Shown here one piece after another: positions 30,422 through 40,496 of a DNA stretch of 64,000 nt. Each line of letters starts with the position of its first letter. Within the stretch, counting starts at the first letter, position 1. The stretch is from Oxalobacteraceae bacterium (lineage in GTDB: Bacteria; Pseudomonadota; Gammaproteobacteria; Burkholderiales; Burkholderiaceae_D): contig JAYVMW010000059.1 in the NCBI GenBank assembly GCA_043758755.1, forward strand, positions 178,960 to 242,959, given 5' to 3'. The notes beneath the pieces were generated by a model. The model saw only the letters and a list, made by a program, of their open reading frames with translations. It did not search any database and was not told the DNA's origin. Made by a program: the position numbers and the translations under genes.

Positions 30422-31630
30422 TCAGGACTTGGTTGGAGCCCGGAAAGGGAGCACGGTGCTTCCCTTGTCGCCCTTTTCCTCGTTGCTCGTTGGAACCAAC
30501 CGGAGTTTTGCAAACTGCACAACATTGCTCTTGCCTTGAAAGTATCCCTCTGGCAGGCCTGTCAGCATTTCTATATCAGACGCTGCTAGGCCGACGTGCC
30601 TCGGAATGGCATCAAGCGGCATTACATTTTCATCGACCAACAGATCGATAGTGCGGCGGAGCAATCGAGGTTGCTCGGGCTTCCGATCACCATCGCCTGG
30701 TTCGGATTTTCCACCCCACCGTGCAGACCGTCGCTTGAAAAGCGCCAACTTTGCTTCTTCATCCAGCAACCCCAAAGCGTGAAGCCTCATCATTATTGCC
30801 GCTACCGATACGCCCCACCGGCGCTTGAGCAATAACAGATCATCCAAGGTGACTGGCATGCGCACCTCGGATGCGAACGTTTCCGCAGGCAGCAGGAATG
30901 CGCCAGCAAACTGGTGCGCTTGCTTCTCCATCAGCTTGTGACGGTCACGGTCCGTTGTGCGCTGGAAATGCCGATGCAACACCAGATGACCCAATTCATG
31001 CGCCAAGTCGAATCTACTGCGGTATCCGTTATCCTTGTCCGCAGACAGCAAAATAAGCGGACGCCCAAGAACGGCGCTCCAGGCTGAAAGCCCTTCAATT
31101 TGCGCAATTCCGGTTTCCTCACGGATCAGGATGACACCTGCGCCTTCAACAGCAAGTGCCAAATCTTGGGCCGCAACACGACCAAGGCGCCACATGTCAC
31201 GGCATTCACAAGCCGCTTTTTCGATGTCTTCGTCCGTGATTTCTTCCGGCTCGGCAAAACCACGAACGGGGAGATTTAAGTTCGGGTAGTCCACGAACTC
31301 CATCAGAGCTACGGCAATGTCCTGCGCCCACTCGAGGCGAGCTTCAAGCATTGCACGCGCCGCCACATGCGCCGACGCGTTGCTCCGAAACAGCGGCAAA
31401 GACACTTTCTCTGCCGTCGGCCGGGTGAACCATTCTGGCGTGACGTTTACTACCCCCGCGAGTCGATCAAGCGCCTCGCTTTCTGGCGCTTGCGTGCCAG
31501 CGCGCCACTTGCTGATCGTGGCTGGCGACACACCGACCATGGCCGCCAACTGAACTTGGGTTAGGCGCCGCACGGCTAGGACCTGACTCAGCCGATCCCG
31601 CTGAAAACCTTGGATTCCACCCCGACTCAT
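30422..31630 (-). CDS. XRE-HTH + ImmA/IrrE (M78) zinc metallopeptidase
   Basis: LTQVQLAAMVGVSPATISKW; RSRFDLAHELGHLVLH; EKQAHQFAGAFLLP; KRRWGVS. Confidence 0.9.
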   Translation of the reverse strand: MSRGGIQGFQRDRLSQVLAVRRLTQVQLAAMVGVSPATISKWRAGTQAPESEALDRLAGVVNVTPEWFTRPTAEKVSLPLFRSNASAHVAARAMLEARLEWAQDIAVALMEFVDYPNLNLPVRGFAEPEEITDEDIEKAACECRDMWRLGRVAAQDLALAVEGAGVILIREETGIAQIEGLSAWSAVLGRPLILLSADKDNGYRSRFDLAHELGHLVLHRHFQRTTDRDRHKLMEKQAHQFAGAFLLPAETFASEVRMPVTLDDLLLLKRRWGVSVAAIMMRLHALGLLDEEAKLALFKRRSARWGGKSEPGDGDRKPEQPRLLRRTIDLLVDENVMPLDAIPRHVGLAASDIEMLTGLPEGYFQGKSNVVQFAKLRLVPTSNEEKGDKGSTVLPFRAPTKS

Positions 31631-32280
31631 TGGTTTGTTCCATCTTTATCTTGTTTGCCAATGTTTTTCTTTAGTTTCGGAATTGCAAGATCATCCTGAC
31701 CTTCCACCGGTTTCTGGTCATATCGCTTGATGAATGCATCGAGGGGCTCCCGGAAGAGCCATCCCTGCATTTTTCGATCCGGCACTGCGATCTGAATTGA
31801 AACGGGAGATTCAGGTTGACTCCGCAGCGACCCTGCGAAACAGGCTACAAAAAACGCAACGGCCTCTGATGGAGGCACGTAATCAGCGAACAACTCTGGT
31901 TGAACCAGCGGCTCAATGGCTGCGTTGGCCTTCGACATCTGTCTGCGGGTTTCACTGCGGCGGCCGTTGATCCAGAGCCCTTCCTTGATGTTGAATCGTG
32001 CTAGCGTGAACACGCCTGTCCGCCCAGTAACAATCTGATTGCCACGGAGCGGGGAAGGCGATGCATCGCCTGCCGCGAGCGCGCGTTGAAACGACTCGTT
32101 CATATGGAAATGGCGCAACTGCCCAACGACACTGGGGAGGTGCCCATTATCCATTCCGTGTGCTGCCGTATAGGCGCGCTGGGCGCCCACCGTCAGCGCA
32201 TCTTCAATACCCATAACAATTTCTCGAGGGATGTTCCTCAAGAGCAAGTCTTGAATCGTTTCTTCAGTGGGCTGGGCCAT
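31627..32280 (-). CDS. Hypothetical protein coupled to HTH-IrrE (possible toxin)
   Basis: 217-aa ORF from MAQPTEE; stop overlaps the HTH-IrrE start (ATGA). Confidence 0.7.
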   Translation of the reverse strand: MAQPTEETIQDLLLRNIPREIVMGIEDALTVGAQRAYTAAHGMDNGHLPSVVGQLRHFHMNESFQRALAAGDASPSPLRGNQIVTGRTGVFTLARFNIKEGLWINGRRSETRRQMSKANAAIEPLVQPELFADYVPPSEAVAFFVACFAGSLRSQPESPVSIQIAVPDRKMQGWLFREPLDAFIKRYDQKPVEGQDDLAIPKLKKNIGKQDKDGTNQ

Positions 32281-32381
32281 TGGCAACTCCAGATGTGGGT
32301 TTGGTATAAGCGGATTATACATAATAAATATTTCGCTTAACAAGCTTTTTGTGTATTTTACGAAGAGATAGTTAGTCAATC

Positions 32382-32448
32382 GTTACACTACGTTCCTTTA
32401 ATTCGTCGAATACTTGCATGCAACGAATAAATGGAACATACTCGTAAC
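32382..32448 (+). promoter_or_regulatory. abiE promoter with an imperfect ~27-bp inverted repeat
   Basis: TTGCAT(32414)-17 nt-CATACT(32437); IR arms 32382-32408 and 32421-32448. Confidence 0.6.
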
Positions 32449-33054
32449 ATGCGCCCTGACTCTCACCCCCAACGCGTCCTCGATCTGCTCGGCCAGAAAG
32501 GGATGTTGCGCCCAAGCGATCTGGATACCATAGGGGCGCCACGGGTGGTGCTGACGCGAATGACTGCCGCCGGCCTTCTGGAAAAAGTCGGGCGCGGCCT
32601 ATACCGGCTACCCAACAGTTCGAGTTCTGAACATGAAAGCCTGGTCACCATTGCAGCCAAGGTACCGCAAGCTGTGTTCTGCCTGCTCACGGCGCTGCAA
32701 TTTCACGAACTGACCACCCAACTACCACGCCAGATATGGATTGCCATGCCCCGTGGCAGCCATACGCCCAAGATCGACTACCCTCCCATCAAAATGGTCC
32801 AGATGACCGGTGAGGCCTATTCGGCGGGCATTGAGGTGTTCGAGCGCGATCAGGTCAAGCTAAGTGTCTACAGCGTGGCCAAGACAGTGGTCGACTGTTT
32901 TAAGCATCGTAACAAGATCGGTATGGATGTGGCACTAGAAGCGCTCAAGGATGCCCGGGCGAAGAAAAAGGCATCGGCCGACGATCTCTGGCGCTATGCC
33001 AAGATTTGCCGGGTCGCCAATGTGATGCGCCCTTACTTGGAGGCCATCGAATGA
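32449..33054 (+). CDS. Type IV TA antitoxin AbiEi
   Basis: wHTH with VGRGLY; CLLTALQFHELTTQLP; AKTVVDCFKHRNKIG.DVALEAL. Confidence 0.9.
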   Translation: MRPDSHPQRVLDLLGQKGMLRPSDLDTIGAPRVVLTRMTAAGLLEKVGRGLYRLPNSSSSEHESLVTIAAKVPQAVFCLLTALQFHELTTQLPRQIWIAMPRGSHTPKIDYPPIKMVQMTGEAYSAGIEVFERDQVKLSVYSVAKTVVDCFKHRNKIGMDVALEALKDARAKKKASADDLWRYAKICRVANVMRPYLEAIE

Positions 33055-33923
33055 GCAATGACCTTGCCGCTTCTGTCCGGGCGCGCCTGTTGAACATAGC
33101 CAAAACGCAAGGCGTGGATTTCAACCAGGTTCTGATCCGTTTCGCATTGGAGCGCATTCTATACCGTCTTAGCCAGTCTGAGCATGCTGATCGTTTCTTG
33201 CTCAAGGGCGCGCTGCTGTTCACGCTCTGGTATGACATGCCACATCGCGCGACGCGCGATGCCGACTTGCTCGGATTTGGGGCCAGCGATCTGGATTCCG
33301 TCGCCCAGACCTTCCGAGACATTGCAAGCGTCGAGGTGAACGACGGCATGGCTTTCGACCCGGCATCGGTCAGCGTCGAGGAAATTCGCAAGGATGCCGG
33401 ATATGCCGGCGCCAGGGTCTTGATTACCGGCGAGATCGCCCGCGCACGGTGCAAGACGCAGATTGACATCGGGTTCGGGGACGCCGTTACACCAGATCCG
33501 GTGGATGCCACTTATCCAGTCCTGATTGGCGACCTGCCAGCGCCTCAGCTGCGCACCTACCCGGTCTATACCGTCGTCTCCGAAAAACTGCATGCCATCG
33601 CGTTGCTGGGCATGACCAATAGCCGGTTGAAGGATTACCTCGATTTGGCAGTCTTGCTGGACCGCGAAACCTTGGATGCCGAAACCTTGGCTAAGGCGAT
33701 TTCGGCCACTTTCGTCCGACGCGGCATGATTGTTCCGGCCGCATTGCCGGTCGGCCTTACAGATGAGTTTGCGACCGACCCATCGCGTCAATCGCTGTGG
33801 CAAGCATTTCTCAAAAAAAACGGACTGGCTCCACAGCCACTGCCGAAAATCGTGGCCACCTTGCGCACGGTCCTGGAGCCAGCCCTGGCCAGAGCCATCT
33901 CGCTGACAGATCAAATGTCCTAA
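33051..33923 (+). CDS. AbiEii nucleotidyltransferase toxin
   Basis: AASVRARL, ERILYRL, LKGALL..RATRDAD, DIGFGD, SEKLHA, NSRLKDYLD. Confidence 0.92.
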   Translation: MSNDLAASVRARLLNIAKTQGVDFNQVLIRFALERILYRLSQSEHADRFLLKGALLFTLWYDMPHRATRDADLLGFGASDLDSVAQTFRDIASVEVNDGMAFDPASVSVEEIRKDAGYAGARVLITGEIARARCKTQIDIGFGDAVTPDPVDATYPVLIGDLPAPQLRTYPVYTVVSEKLHAIALLGMTNSRLKDYLDLAVLLDRETLDAETLAKAISATFVRRGMIVPAALPVGLTDEFATDPSRQSLWQAFLKKNGLAPQPLPKIVATLRTVLEPALARAISLTDQMS

Positions 33924-34030
33924 CGCCTCGGCCGCCTTAACGCTATCGCTACAGCGGATAAGCCGGTAACCGGGCCGATCGCAGCGTGCCCCGCACGGTC
34001 TCCATACGTCTTTTTGTATGGAGAAAACTG

Positions 34031-34168
34031 ATGACCACCAAGCGCTGTAGCTGCTGTGGAAAACCATTCCAGGCACGCCCCCAAGTTCCAAAACAAACCT
34101 ACTGCGCGACTCGGGAATGCCAGCGACACCGTCGGCAACAATGGCAACGTGAAAAACTCAAAACGGAT
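34031..34168 (+). pseudogene. N-terminal scrap of a Cys-rich Zn-ribbon protein (paralogue of 43546-43953)
   Basis: MTTKRCSCCGKPFQARPQVPKQTYC...CQRHRRQQWQREKL; similarity ends at ~34168. Confidence 0.75.
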
Positions 34169-34316
34169 GGGTACGGTCACATGGCAATAGAAATGACCGG
34201 ATATTTCCTGTTCGACAGCGAGTTTGTCGAACCGCTTGCAGCGTGGCAAACGCACACGATCCCCGACCTCTCGCAGCCTGCTACGCAAAATGCCACGCCA
34301 ATCCAGCAAGTACGCG

Positions 34317-34674
34317 GCACTCTGTCAGCCAGCGACTATTTGCAAGCGTTGCACAATCTGCTCCCCTATGGACCCGCTTGGACGGATGATCCAAACGCGG
34401 TCATCAGTAAATTACTCGATGGTCTATCACAGGAACTAGCACGCATCGATGGACGTTGCTGGGCGTTGATCGACGAGGCCGACCCACGCAGTGCATCAGA
34501 ATTATTTTCTGAATGGCAATCCCAATTCGGTCTGCCTGATCCCTGTGTTGTGGCCTTGGGTGGAAATCAATCCAGCGCACAACGCAGGTCGGCGTTGGTG
34601 AGCAAAATCACCAATGTCGGCGGTGCCTCTCTTACCTACTACATCTCAGTCGCCAAAACACTGGGGTACACAGT
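34317..34674 (+). pseudogene. Fragment of a Mu gp48/YmfQ-like (DUF2313) baseplate protein
   Basis: DYLQALHNLLPYGPAW..ELARID..EADPRSA.EL..EW...GLPDPC..YYISVAKTLGYTV, then cut. Confidence 0.75.
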
Positions 34675-35352
34675 ACCAGCAGCGCCCGACAGGCCGAACG
34701 CATTCAACAGTGTCTGCCCCAGCATCGCTGGAGTGCGGATGAACGACGCGGCTTGGGTGATCAGATTGGCGGTAGAAGTTGCGGTGCCGAGTAGCTGCGC
34801 GATCTGACCAGTACCGAGAAAACCCAGCATCGTCGACAACTGCCCGTGCGCAGCGCTCGAGACAAAACTCTGAAAGCCAGCCACAGTAAACGAGTGAGAA
34901 AAGTCCAGAACCGCTGCGCTCGCCAGTTTGTCCGCCGCCAGCCTGCTTGCCGCCTGCGTCGAACTTGTTGCTTTGGGAAACGCCAGCTCGCCCGATTCCA
35001 CGAAGGACATCGACACCGTGGCCATGCCCAGACCGGAATCGAAGCATACCCGTGCCGGCGCCGACAAGCACACCTGCATCGAGCCCAGCCAGGGATGCAC
35101 GAGTGTGGCCGCACCGGCAGTTTCCAGTTCCGCCAGCAGCCGGTTGGCCTGATCGATGAAGTCGGCGCCAATCAGAAAACCTTCAAAGGCAATCTCACGC
35201 GTAGCACGCCCCAGGTCTTCCACCCAGGGTTGATCACGCTGGGGATAGTCATGGACCTGCACGCGCCGGCCCACACCGAGATCACTGCCATTAACTTGGA
35301 AAGGTACGCCCCGAAACGAGGCCGGACGCAGCAGATTGGATAAGCGGTTCAT
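34670..35352 (-). pseudogene. N-terminal part of a Mu gpN-like DNA circulation protein
   Basis: LRPASFRGVPF..GRRVQVHDYPQRDQPWVEDLGRATR..LVHPWLG..FVESG; truncated. Confidence 0.85.
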
Positions 35353-35368
35353 GTGATTTTTCCTGGTA

Positions 35369-36270
35369 TCACGGCATGGCCAGCGCGTAAGCGCTATAGC
35401 CTGCATCCACATTGATCGGCATCGTTCCGCCCCGTACCTGTTCAATGCGCGAGCCGGTGGGCAGGCCATCGATCTTGATGTTGACTTGGCCCTCTACCTT
35501 GCCGGCGGACTGCGCGGAGGGGATCAGGGAGGTACGTTCAGCGCCGACTGGCAATGGCGTCATGCCGGCCGTGCTGGCACCTGCTGCTGAGCCATTTAAG
35601 GTGTGATTCATCGTCATATCGCCGCCACTAAGACCCAATGCGTGACCGACTGATTGGGCGGTATCGATGATCCAGCGAAATTTTTCGGAGAGCCATTGGG
35701 TCAGGTTGCCGAACCAGGCTTTTAACGGCTCCCAATGACCGATGATCGTTTTGGCGATCCAGCCGATGGGGCCAAGACAGGTCAGGATCAGATCGGCATG
35801 CGCCTTGAGCCAGTTCCAGAAAGTGGCAAACCAACTTTTGACGGTGTCCCAGTTTTCAACAATGAGCCAGGCGGCCGATGCAATGGCTAAAATGATGCCC
35901 AGCGGGTTGGCCATGAGCGCAGCGCCGACGGCGCGAATGCCACCACTGACCAGGGCGAAAGCACCAGTCATTACGCCGCCCATCGACAACGTCGTTGTAC
36001 CCAGCAGCGTCCATGCCGCGCGCAACAGTCCTAAAGGGCCGATGGCAAGCAGGGCTGAAGCGGCAGTGCGTGTCATCGCGATCAATCCTGCATTACCGGC
36101 TATATAAGCACGTACGGCCATGTTCACAAAAGCGATTCCCGCCCGCAGTACGGATTCGCTCAGTTCCACGAGTGCCATGATTGCCTGGGCATTGACCACC
36201 ACGGCTAAGGCGATAAGTGCGTTTCGCGCGCCACCTAGCCAGCCCACGACGGTGCTCAGTGTTTTTGCGT
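35369..36270 (-). pseudogene. C-terminal part of a phage tape-measure protein
   Basis: LMANPLG..LIVENWDTVKSWFATFWNW repeats; directly upstream of the gpN-like gene; 5' end missing. Confidence 0.75.
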
Positions 36271-36885
36271 CAGGCCCTTTCCGACGACACTGTTGGCCAG
36301 ATCTTGATCGACATCGACAGTCCCGGTGGCAGTGTCTACGGCGTGGCAGAACTCGCTGACCAGATTCAGGCGGCGCGCAGTCAGAAGCCCGTTGTCGCGA
36401 TCGCCAATAGTCTTGCCGCCAGCGCTGCGTATTGGCTGGGCTGTGCCGCCAGCGAATTCTATGTCACGCCCGGCGGTGAGGTCGGCTCCATTGGTGTCTG
36501 GCAGGCGCATTTTGACTACTCGCAGGCGATCGCTTCTGAGGGTGTAAAGCCCACGCTGATTTCTGCGGGCAAGTACAAGGTCGAGGGCAATCCGTATGAG
36601 CCATTGAATGATGAAGCGCGCGGTTTTATGCAGTCGCGTGTGGACGACTATTACGGAGCATTCACTAAGGCCGTAGCCAAGGGACGCGGTATGCCGATTG
36701 CCAGCGTGCGCGACGGGCTCGGCCAAGGTCGGGTTCTTGGCGCTGACGCCGCCGTCGCGCAAAAGATGGTGGATGGCATCAGCACCTTTGACGATGTCAT
36801 CGCTGCAATGCAAAAGCGCACGCGGTCGCAAAACAGATCCGCAAATCGCCTCGCACGAGCCAGAAATGCGCTTGCGTTAATGTGA
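36265..36885 (+). pseudogene. 5'-truncated S49 prohead protease
   Basis: LIDIDSPGGSV, AASAAYW, VGSIGV, AGKYKVEGNP; N-terminus replaced by the inverted tape-measure piece. Confidence 0.85.
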
Positions 36886-37010
36886 TCTGAACTGATTTTT
36901 ATCTATCTGCTTGGCCTACCCAAGCAGGCGAACCGAACAGCCGCCCTGGGAAACTTTGGCGGCTTTTTTCTTGCCCGCCTTCGTGCGGGTTTTTATTTGG
37001 AGAACCCGCA

Positions 37011-38402
37011 ATGAGTAAACAACTCCGCGAGCTGCAAGCGCGCAAAGCTAATCTTGTCAAGGACGCACGCGCCGTGACCGACGCAGCCGTCGCTGAAAAC
37101 CGAGACCTGTCAGTTGATGAGGCGACACGCTTCGACGCCCTGCGTGCCCAGATCGAAACCGCATCCGCCGCACTCGATCGCGAAATGTCCTTGATCGCCG
37201 AGGAAGCGCGTTCGGCCAGTGTGACCGCTGCTTTGGCCGCCAGTACAACTTCTGGACCGTCCGCTGCCAGACAAATCCTCACCGTGCCATCCGGCAGCGG
37301 TTTGATTTCCCTTACCGAAAACCGCGATCTCGATCCCCAGCGCGGCTTTGCCAGCATGGGTGAGTTCTTTCGGTCCGTGCGTCAGGCCGAGGTGGCGCGG
37401 CGTACCGGCGGCGCGGTCGATGAGCGACTGTTGGGCGGCGCCGGTATGAATGCGATGGCGCCCGGATTGGTCGCCAACGAATCCGCTGGTGTCGATGGTG
37501 GATTTGCGGTTCCACCCCAATTTGCGCAGGATATTTTTACGCTATCGCTGGGTGAAGATGGTCTGCTGCCGATGACGGACAACGTCGAGATCTCCGGCAA
37601 CAGCATGTCGTTCCCGAAGGATGAAACCACACCGTGGGGAAGCAATGGCGTGCGCGCCTATTGGCAAGGCGAGGCATCCATCGCGCAGGCCACTAAGCCG
37701 CAGCTGGGTCTAACCACCTTGCGTCTCAAAAAGCTGATGGCGCTGGTGCCGATCACCTCCGAGCTGCTCGAGGACACCAATGCCCTCACTTCCTACCTAC
37801 CCAAGCAGATCGCCGAACGTATTCGCTGGAAAACCAACGAAGCCATTTTGAATGGTCAGGGTGATGGCGTACCACTCGGTGCTTTTCAGTCAGGCGCCGT
37901 GATCACGGTATCCAAGGATCAGGGCCAGGCGACACAGACCTTGACCTTGTCGAACCTGCTCAACATGCAATCGCGCTTCATGCCTGGTTCAGAAAACAAG
38001 GGTGTCTGGATCATCAACAAATCAGTCCAGGCGGCGCTCTACGGTATCACCTGGAACGGCATGCCGGCCTTCATGCCGATCGGCTACCAGGTCAATCAGG
38101 GTGGATCACTGGCTCAGGTGCAACGCAATACTTTAATGGGTCTGCCGGTGATCTTTTCGCAGCACCCTGCAGCGTTCTCTGCCCAAGGCGACGTGCTGCT
38201 GGTGGACCTAAACTATTACCACACGATCACCAAGGCAGGCGGCCTGCAAACCGCCACCAGCATGCATCTGTATTTCGATGCCGATGCGGTGGCATTTCGT
38301 ACCACCTTCCGCATGGACGGGCAAAGCAAAATCGCGCAGCCCGTCGTTCCCGCCAAAGGTGCGGCCACCCTGTCGCCCTTCATTCAGCTAGGTGCGCGCT
38401 GA
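37011..38402 (+). CDS. HK97-type major capsid protein with N-terminal scaffold
   Basis: Coiled-coil N-terminus; DGGFAVP, AYWQGE, KKLMALVPITSELLED, AILNGQGDGVPLG, AFRTTFRMDG. Confidence 0.92.
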   Translation: MSKQLRELQARKANLVKDARAVTDAAVAENRDLSVDEATRFDALRAQIETASAALDREMSLIAEEARSASVTAALAASTTSGPSAARQILTVPSGSGLISLTENRDLDPQRGFASMGEFFRSVRQAEVARRTGGAVDERLLGGAGMNAMAPGLVANESAGVDGGFAVPPQFAQDIFTLSLGEDGLLPMTDNVEISGNSMSFPKDETTPWGSNGVRAYWQGEASIAQATKPQLGLTTLRLKKLMALVPITSELLEDTNALTSYLPKQIAERIRWKTNEAILNGQGDGVPLGAFQSGAVITVSKDQGQATQTLTLSNLLNMQSRFMPGSENKGVWIINKSVQAALYGITWNGMPAFMPIGYQVNQGGSLAQVQRNTLMGLPVIFSQHPAAFSAQGDVLLVDLNYYHTITKAGGLQTATSMHLYFDADAVAFRTTFRMDGQSKIAQPVVPAKGAATLSPFIQLGAR

Positions 38403-38432
38403 TTTTTCTTCACTCATAGAAAAGGATATCCC

Positions 38433-38888
38433 ATGGGCTTTCCCAATACCAAAGGGTCGGAACAGTTCGCCATTCTGGGCGGAACTGGACCCTTGAATGC
38501 CAACGCCGGGCAGACCGCCTGGCTTTCCGTCAGCAATTTTCATCGCCTACTGGCGCTGGTCAATACTGGTGCCAGTGTGAGCGGCACCCTTAACGCGCAG
38601 CTGATGCAGGCACAGGACGTCAGTGGCACCGGTGCCAAGCCGATCATTGGGGCCAATGGTCAGGCCAAAGCGATCGTGCCGATTGCGGCCGGCAACGCGG
38701 CCAATATTCAGGCGTTGATCGATTGCTCAGTCGATGAGCTCGACACCAACAACGGTTATGTCTTCATCCAGTTGCAGGTCACCTTGTCGGCGGCAGGCCT
38801 GTTTGATGGCCTGCTGCTGGGCATCAATGCGCGTTTCGAGCCGGCCAGTGCACTCAATGCCGCCTCGGTCACGCAGATTGCCGGCTGA
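38433..38888 (+). CDS. Phage structural hypothetical protein following capsid
   Basis: 151-aa ORF with AAGGA RBS; QAQDVSGTGAK, ELDTNNGY; position in head module. Confidence 0.65.
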   Translation: MGFPNTKGSEQFAILGGTGPLNANAGQTAWLSVSNFHRLLALVNTGASVSGTLNAQLMQAQDVSGTGAKPIIGANGQAKAIVPIAAGNAANIQALIDCSVDELDTNNGYVFIQLQVTLSAAGLFDGLLLGINARFEPASALNAASVTQIAG

Positions 38889-38951
38889 ATCGTGCCGCCC
38901 GATTTCATTTTTTCTTAATTTTTACCCACCACCTCAACAAGGAACTTCACC

Positions 38952-39452
38952 ATGAATCTGATTCGCTATGTCATCGATTTTTTCCACATCAACGGCGCTG
39001 GCCAACAGTCTGTCAAATATGCCAAGGGACAGACTTATCCGGAATCCGATGAAACCATCTCGCACGTCGAGGCCGGACACGCTGAGATTATTGTCGTTGA
39101 CGTATCCGGCACGACAGAGGCCACTGATGCAGAGGCCGCACCGCAACCGGACAACAACGTCGAACAAGGCAGCCCGGCTGTCATAGCGGGCGCGCCAGTT
39201 CAAAATGAAACAACACCGGTTGCCCCCGCTGTCACGGATACGCCTGCTGTAACCGATGCAACCGCTGTGTCGGATACGACCAATTCGACCGATGCGACAG
39301 CAACTATCGCTCAACCACAGCCCGACCTGACGCAAACAATTACCACAACCGATCCGGCAAGCGTCGTTGCGCCGCTGGCACAGACTTTACCAGCGGTTGA
39401 CGCCACGCCAACTGTAACTGTGGCAGATCCTGACCAAGCCGGCCAAAGCTGA
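38952..39452 (+). CDS. Phage hypothetical protein with long acidic T/A/P/D-rich tail
   Basis: AAGGA RBS; AVTDT/AVTDA/AVSDT repeats; stop overlaps next start. Confidence 0.65.
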   Translation: MNLIRYVIDFFHINGAGQQSVKYAKGQTYPESDETISHVEAGHAEIIVVDVSGTTEATDAEAAPQPDNNVEQGSPAVIAGAPVQNETTPVAPAVTDTPAVTDATAVSDTTNSTDATATIAQPQPDLTQTITTTDPASVVAPLAQTLPAVDATPTVTVADPDQAGQS

Positions 39453-40093
39453 TGCCATTTCACCTCGTCACCCCACCGGTCGTCGATCCCGTCACCGGAA
39501 TTGCCGAGCCGGTGTCGCTGGCCGAGGTGAAGCTGCATCTGCGCGTGGACATTCCCGATGACGATGGATTGATCACGGCCCTGATCAGCAGTGCGCGGCA
39601 AATGGCGGAGACACTGACCAACCGTCAGTTGCTCACCGCCACATGGAATCTGGAGCTCGACGCCTTCCCGGGACCGAGCCTGATGGGTTTGCCAGCTGGG
39701 TCATCGTATTCCCTCCCGGGACACGCAATTTTGATCCCCAAGGGACCGGTGCAGGCAGTGTCGTCCATCACTTATCTGGATATGAATTTCAATCGCGTCA
39801 CGATGCCACCAGCGGACTACGTCGCCGCCTCCACTGACGACCTGACACGCATCACGCCGATCTTCGGCCAGATCTGGCAGCCGACTCTGCCGCAAATAGG
39901 CGCGGTCACGGTTCAGTTCGTCGCCGGTTACGGTGACTCGACCCAGGTGCCTGCCGGTATCAAACACTGGATCAAGCTGCGGGTAGACAGTCTCTACAAT
40001 CAGCGCAGCGAGGTCGCCTTCGCGCGCGGGCGTATGGATAAGCTGCCTTTCGTCGATATGTTGCTCGACCCTTACCGTGTGGTCTTGCTATGA
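39452..40093 (+). CDS. Head-tail connector (gp6-like)
   Basis: EPVSLAEVKLHLRVD..DDGLITALISSARQMAE..T.RQL; FVAGYG; LLDPYRV. Confidence 0.88.
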   Translation: MPFHLVTPPVVDPVTGIAEPVSLAEVKLHLRVDIPDDDGLITALISSARQMAETLTNRQLLTATWNLELDAFPGPSLMGLPAGSSYSLPGHAILIPKGPVQAVSSITYLDMNFNRVTMPPADYVAASTDDLTRITPIFGQIWQPTLPQIGAVTVQFVAGYGDSTQVPAGIKHWIKLRVDSLYNQRSEVAFARGRMDKLPFVDMLLDPYRVVLL

Positions 40094-40485
40094 GCGAAGC
40101 CTTGCTATTGCCCGATACCGGGGAGCTCAATCGCCGTATCGTCATCCGGTTATGGACCGATCTGCCCAATGCCAGCTTCAACGTCGATCAGACCTTCGAT
40201 GCTGGTATTACCCGATGGGCCAAGGTCGAGCCGATACGCGGTATTGCAGAGCGCTCAGGCGTGGCCACTGGCGAAGATCCCACCCATTTTTTCTGGGTGC
40301 GCTATAGCGTGGGGACACCCGCCGAGTATTTTGCGCAGAACCGCGTCATCGACTATCGCGCCCGACGGTTTCGGATCATCGAGGCGCAGAATTTTCAGGA
40401 TGCCGACCGGTTTATCCGGATCACGGCCAAAGACCTCGGTGCCATCAACCCGGTGGTTCAAGACCTGGCGCAGCCACCGAAGTAA
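40090..40485 (+). CDS. Head closure/stopper protein
   Basis: GELNRRIVI, WAKVEP, THFFWVRY; follows the connector gene. Confidence 0.8.
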   Translation: MSEALLLPDTGELNRRIVIRLWTDLPNASFNVDQTFDAGITRWAKVEPIRGIAERSGVATGEDPTHFFWVRYSVGTPAEYFAQNRVIDYRARRFRIIEAQNFQDADRFIRITAKDLGAINPVVQDLAQPPK

Positions 40486-40496
40486 AGGGGAACGAT

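Noticed and set aside
33159-34091. 310-aa minus-strand ORF and similar long antisense ORFs (e.g. 55779-56795, 13179-13925)
   Set aside because: Shadow frames opposite well-supported genes in GC-rich DNA
37011-38402. Encapsulin
   Set aside because: It has a scaffold domain and sits among prohead protease and head-tail genes, so it is a phage capsid
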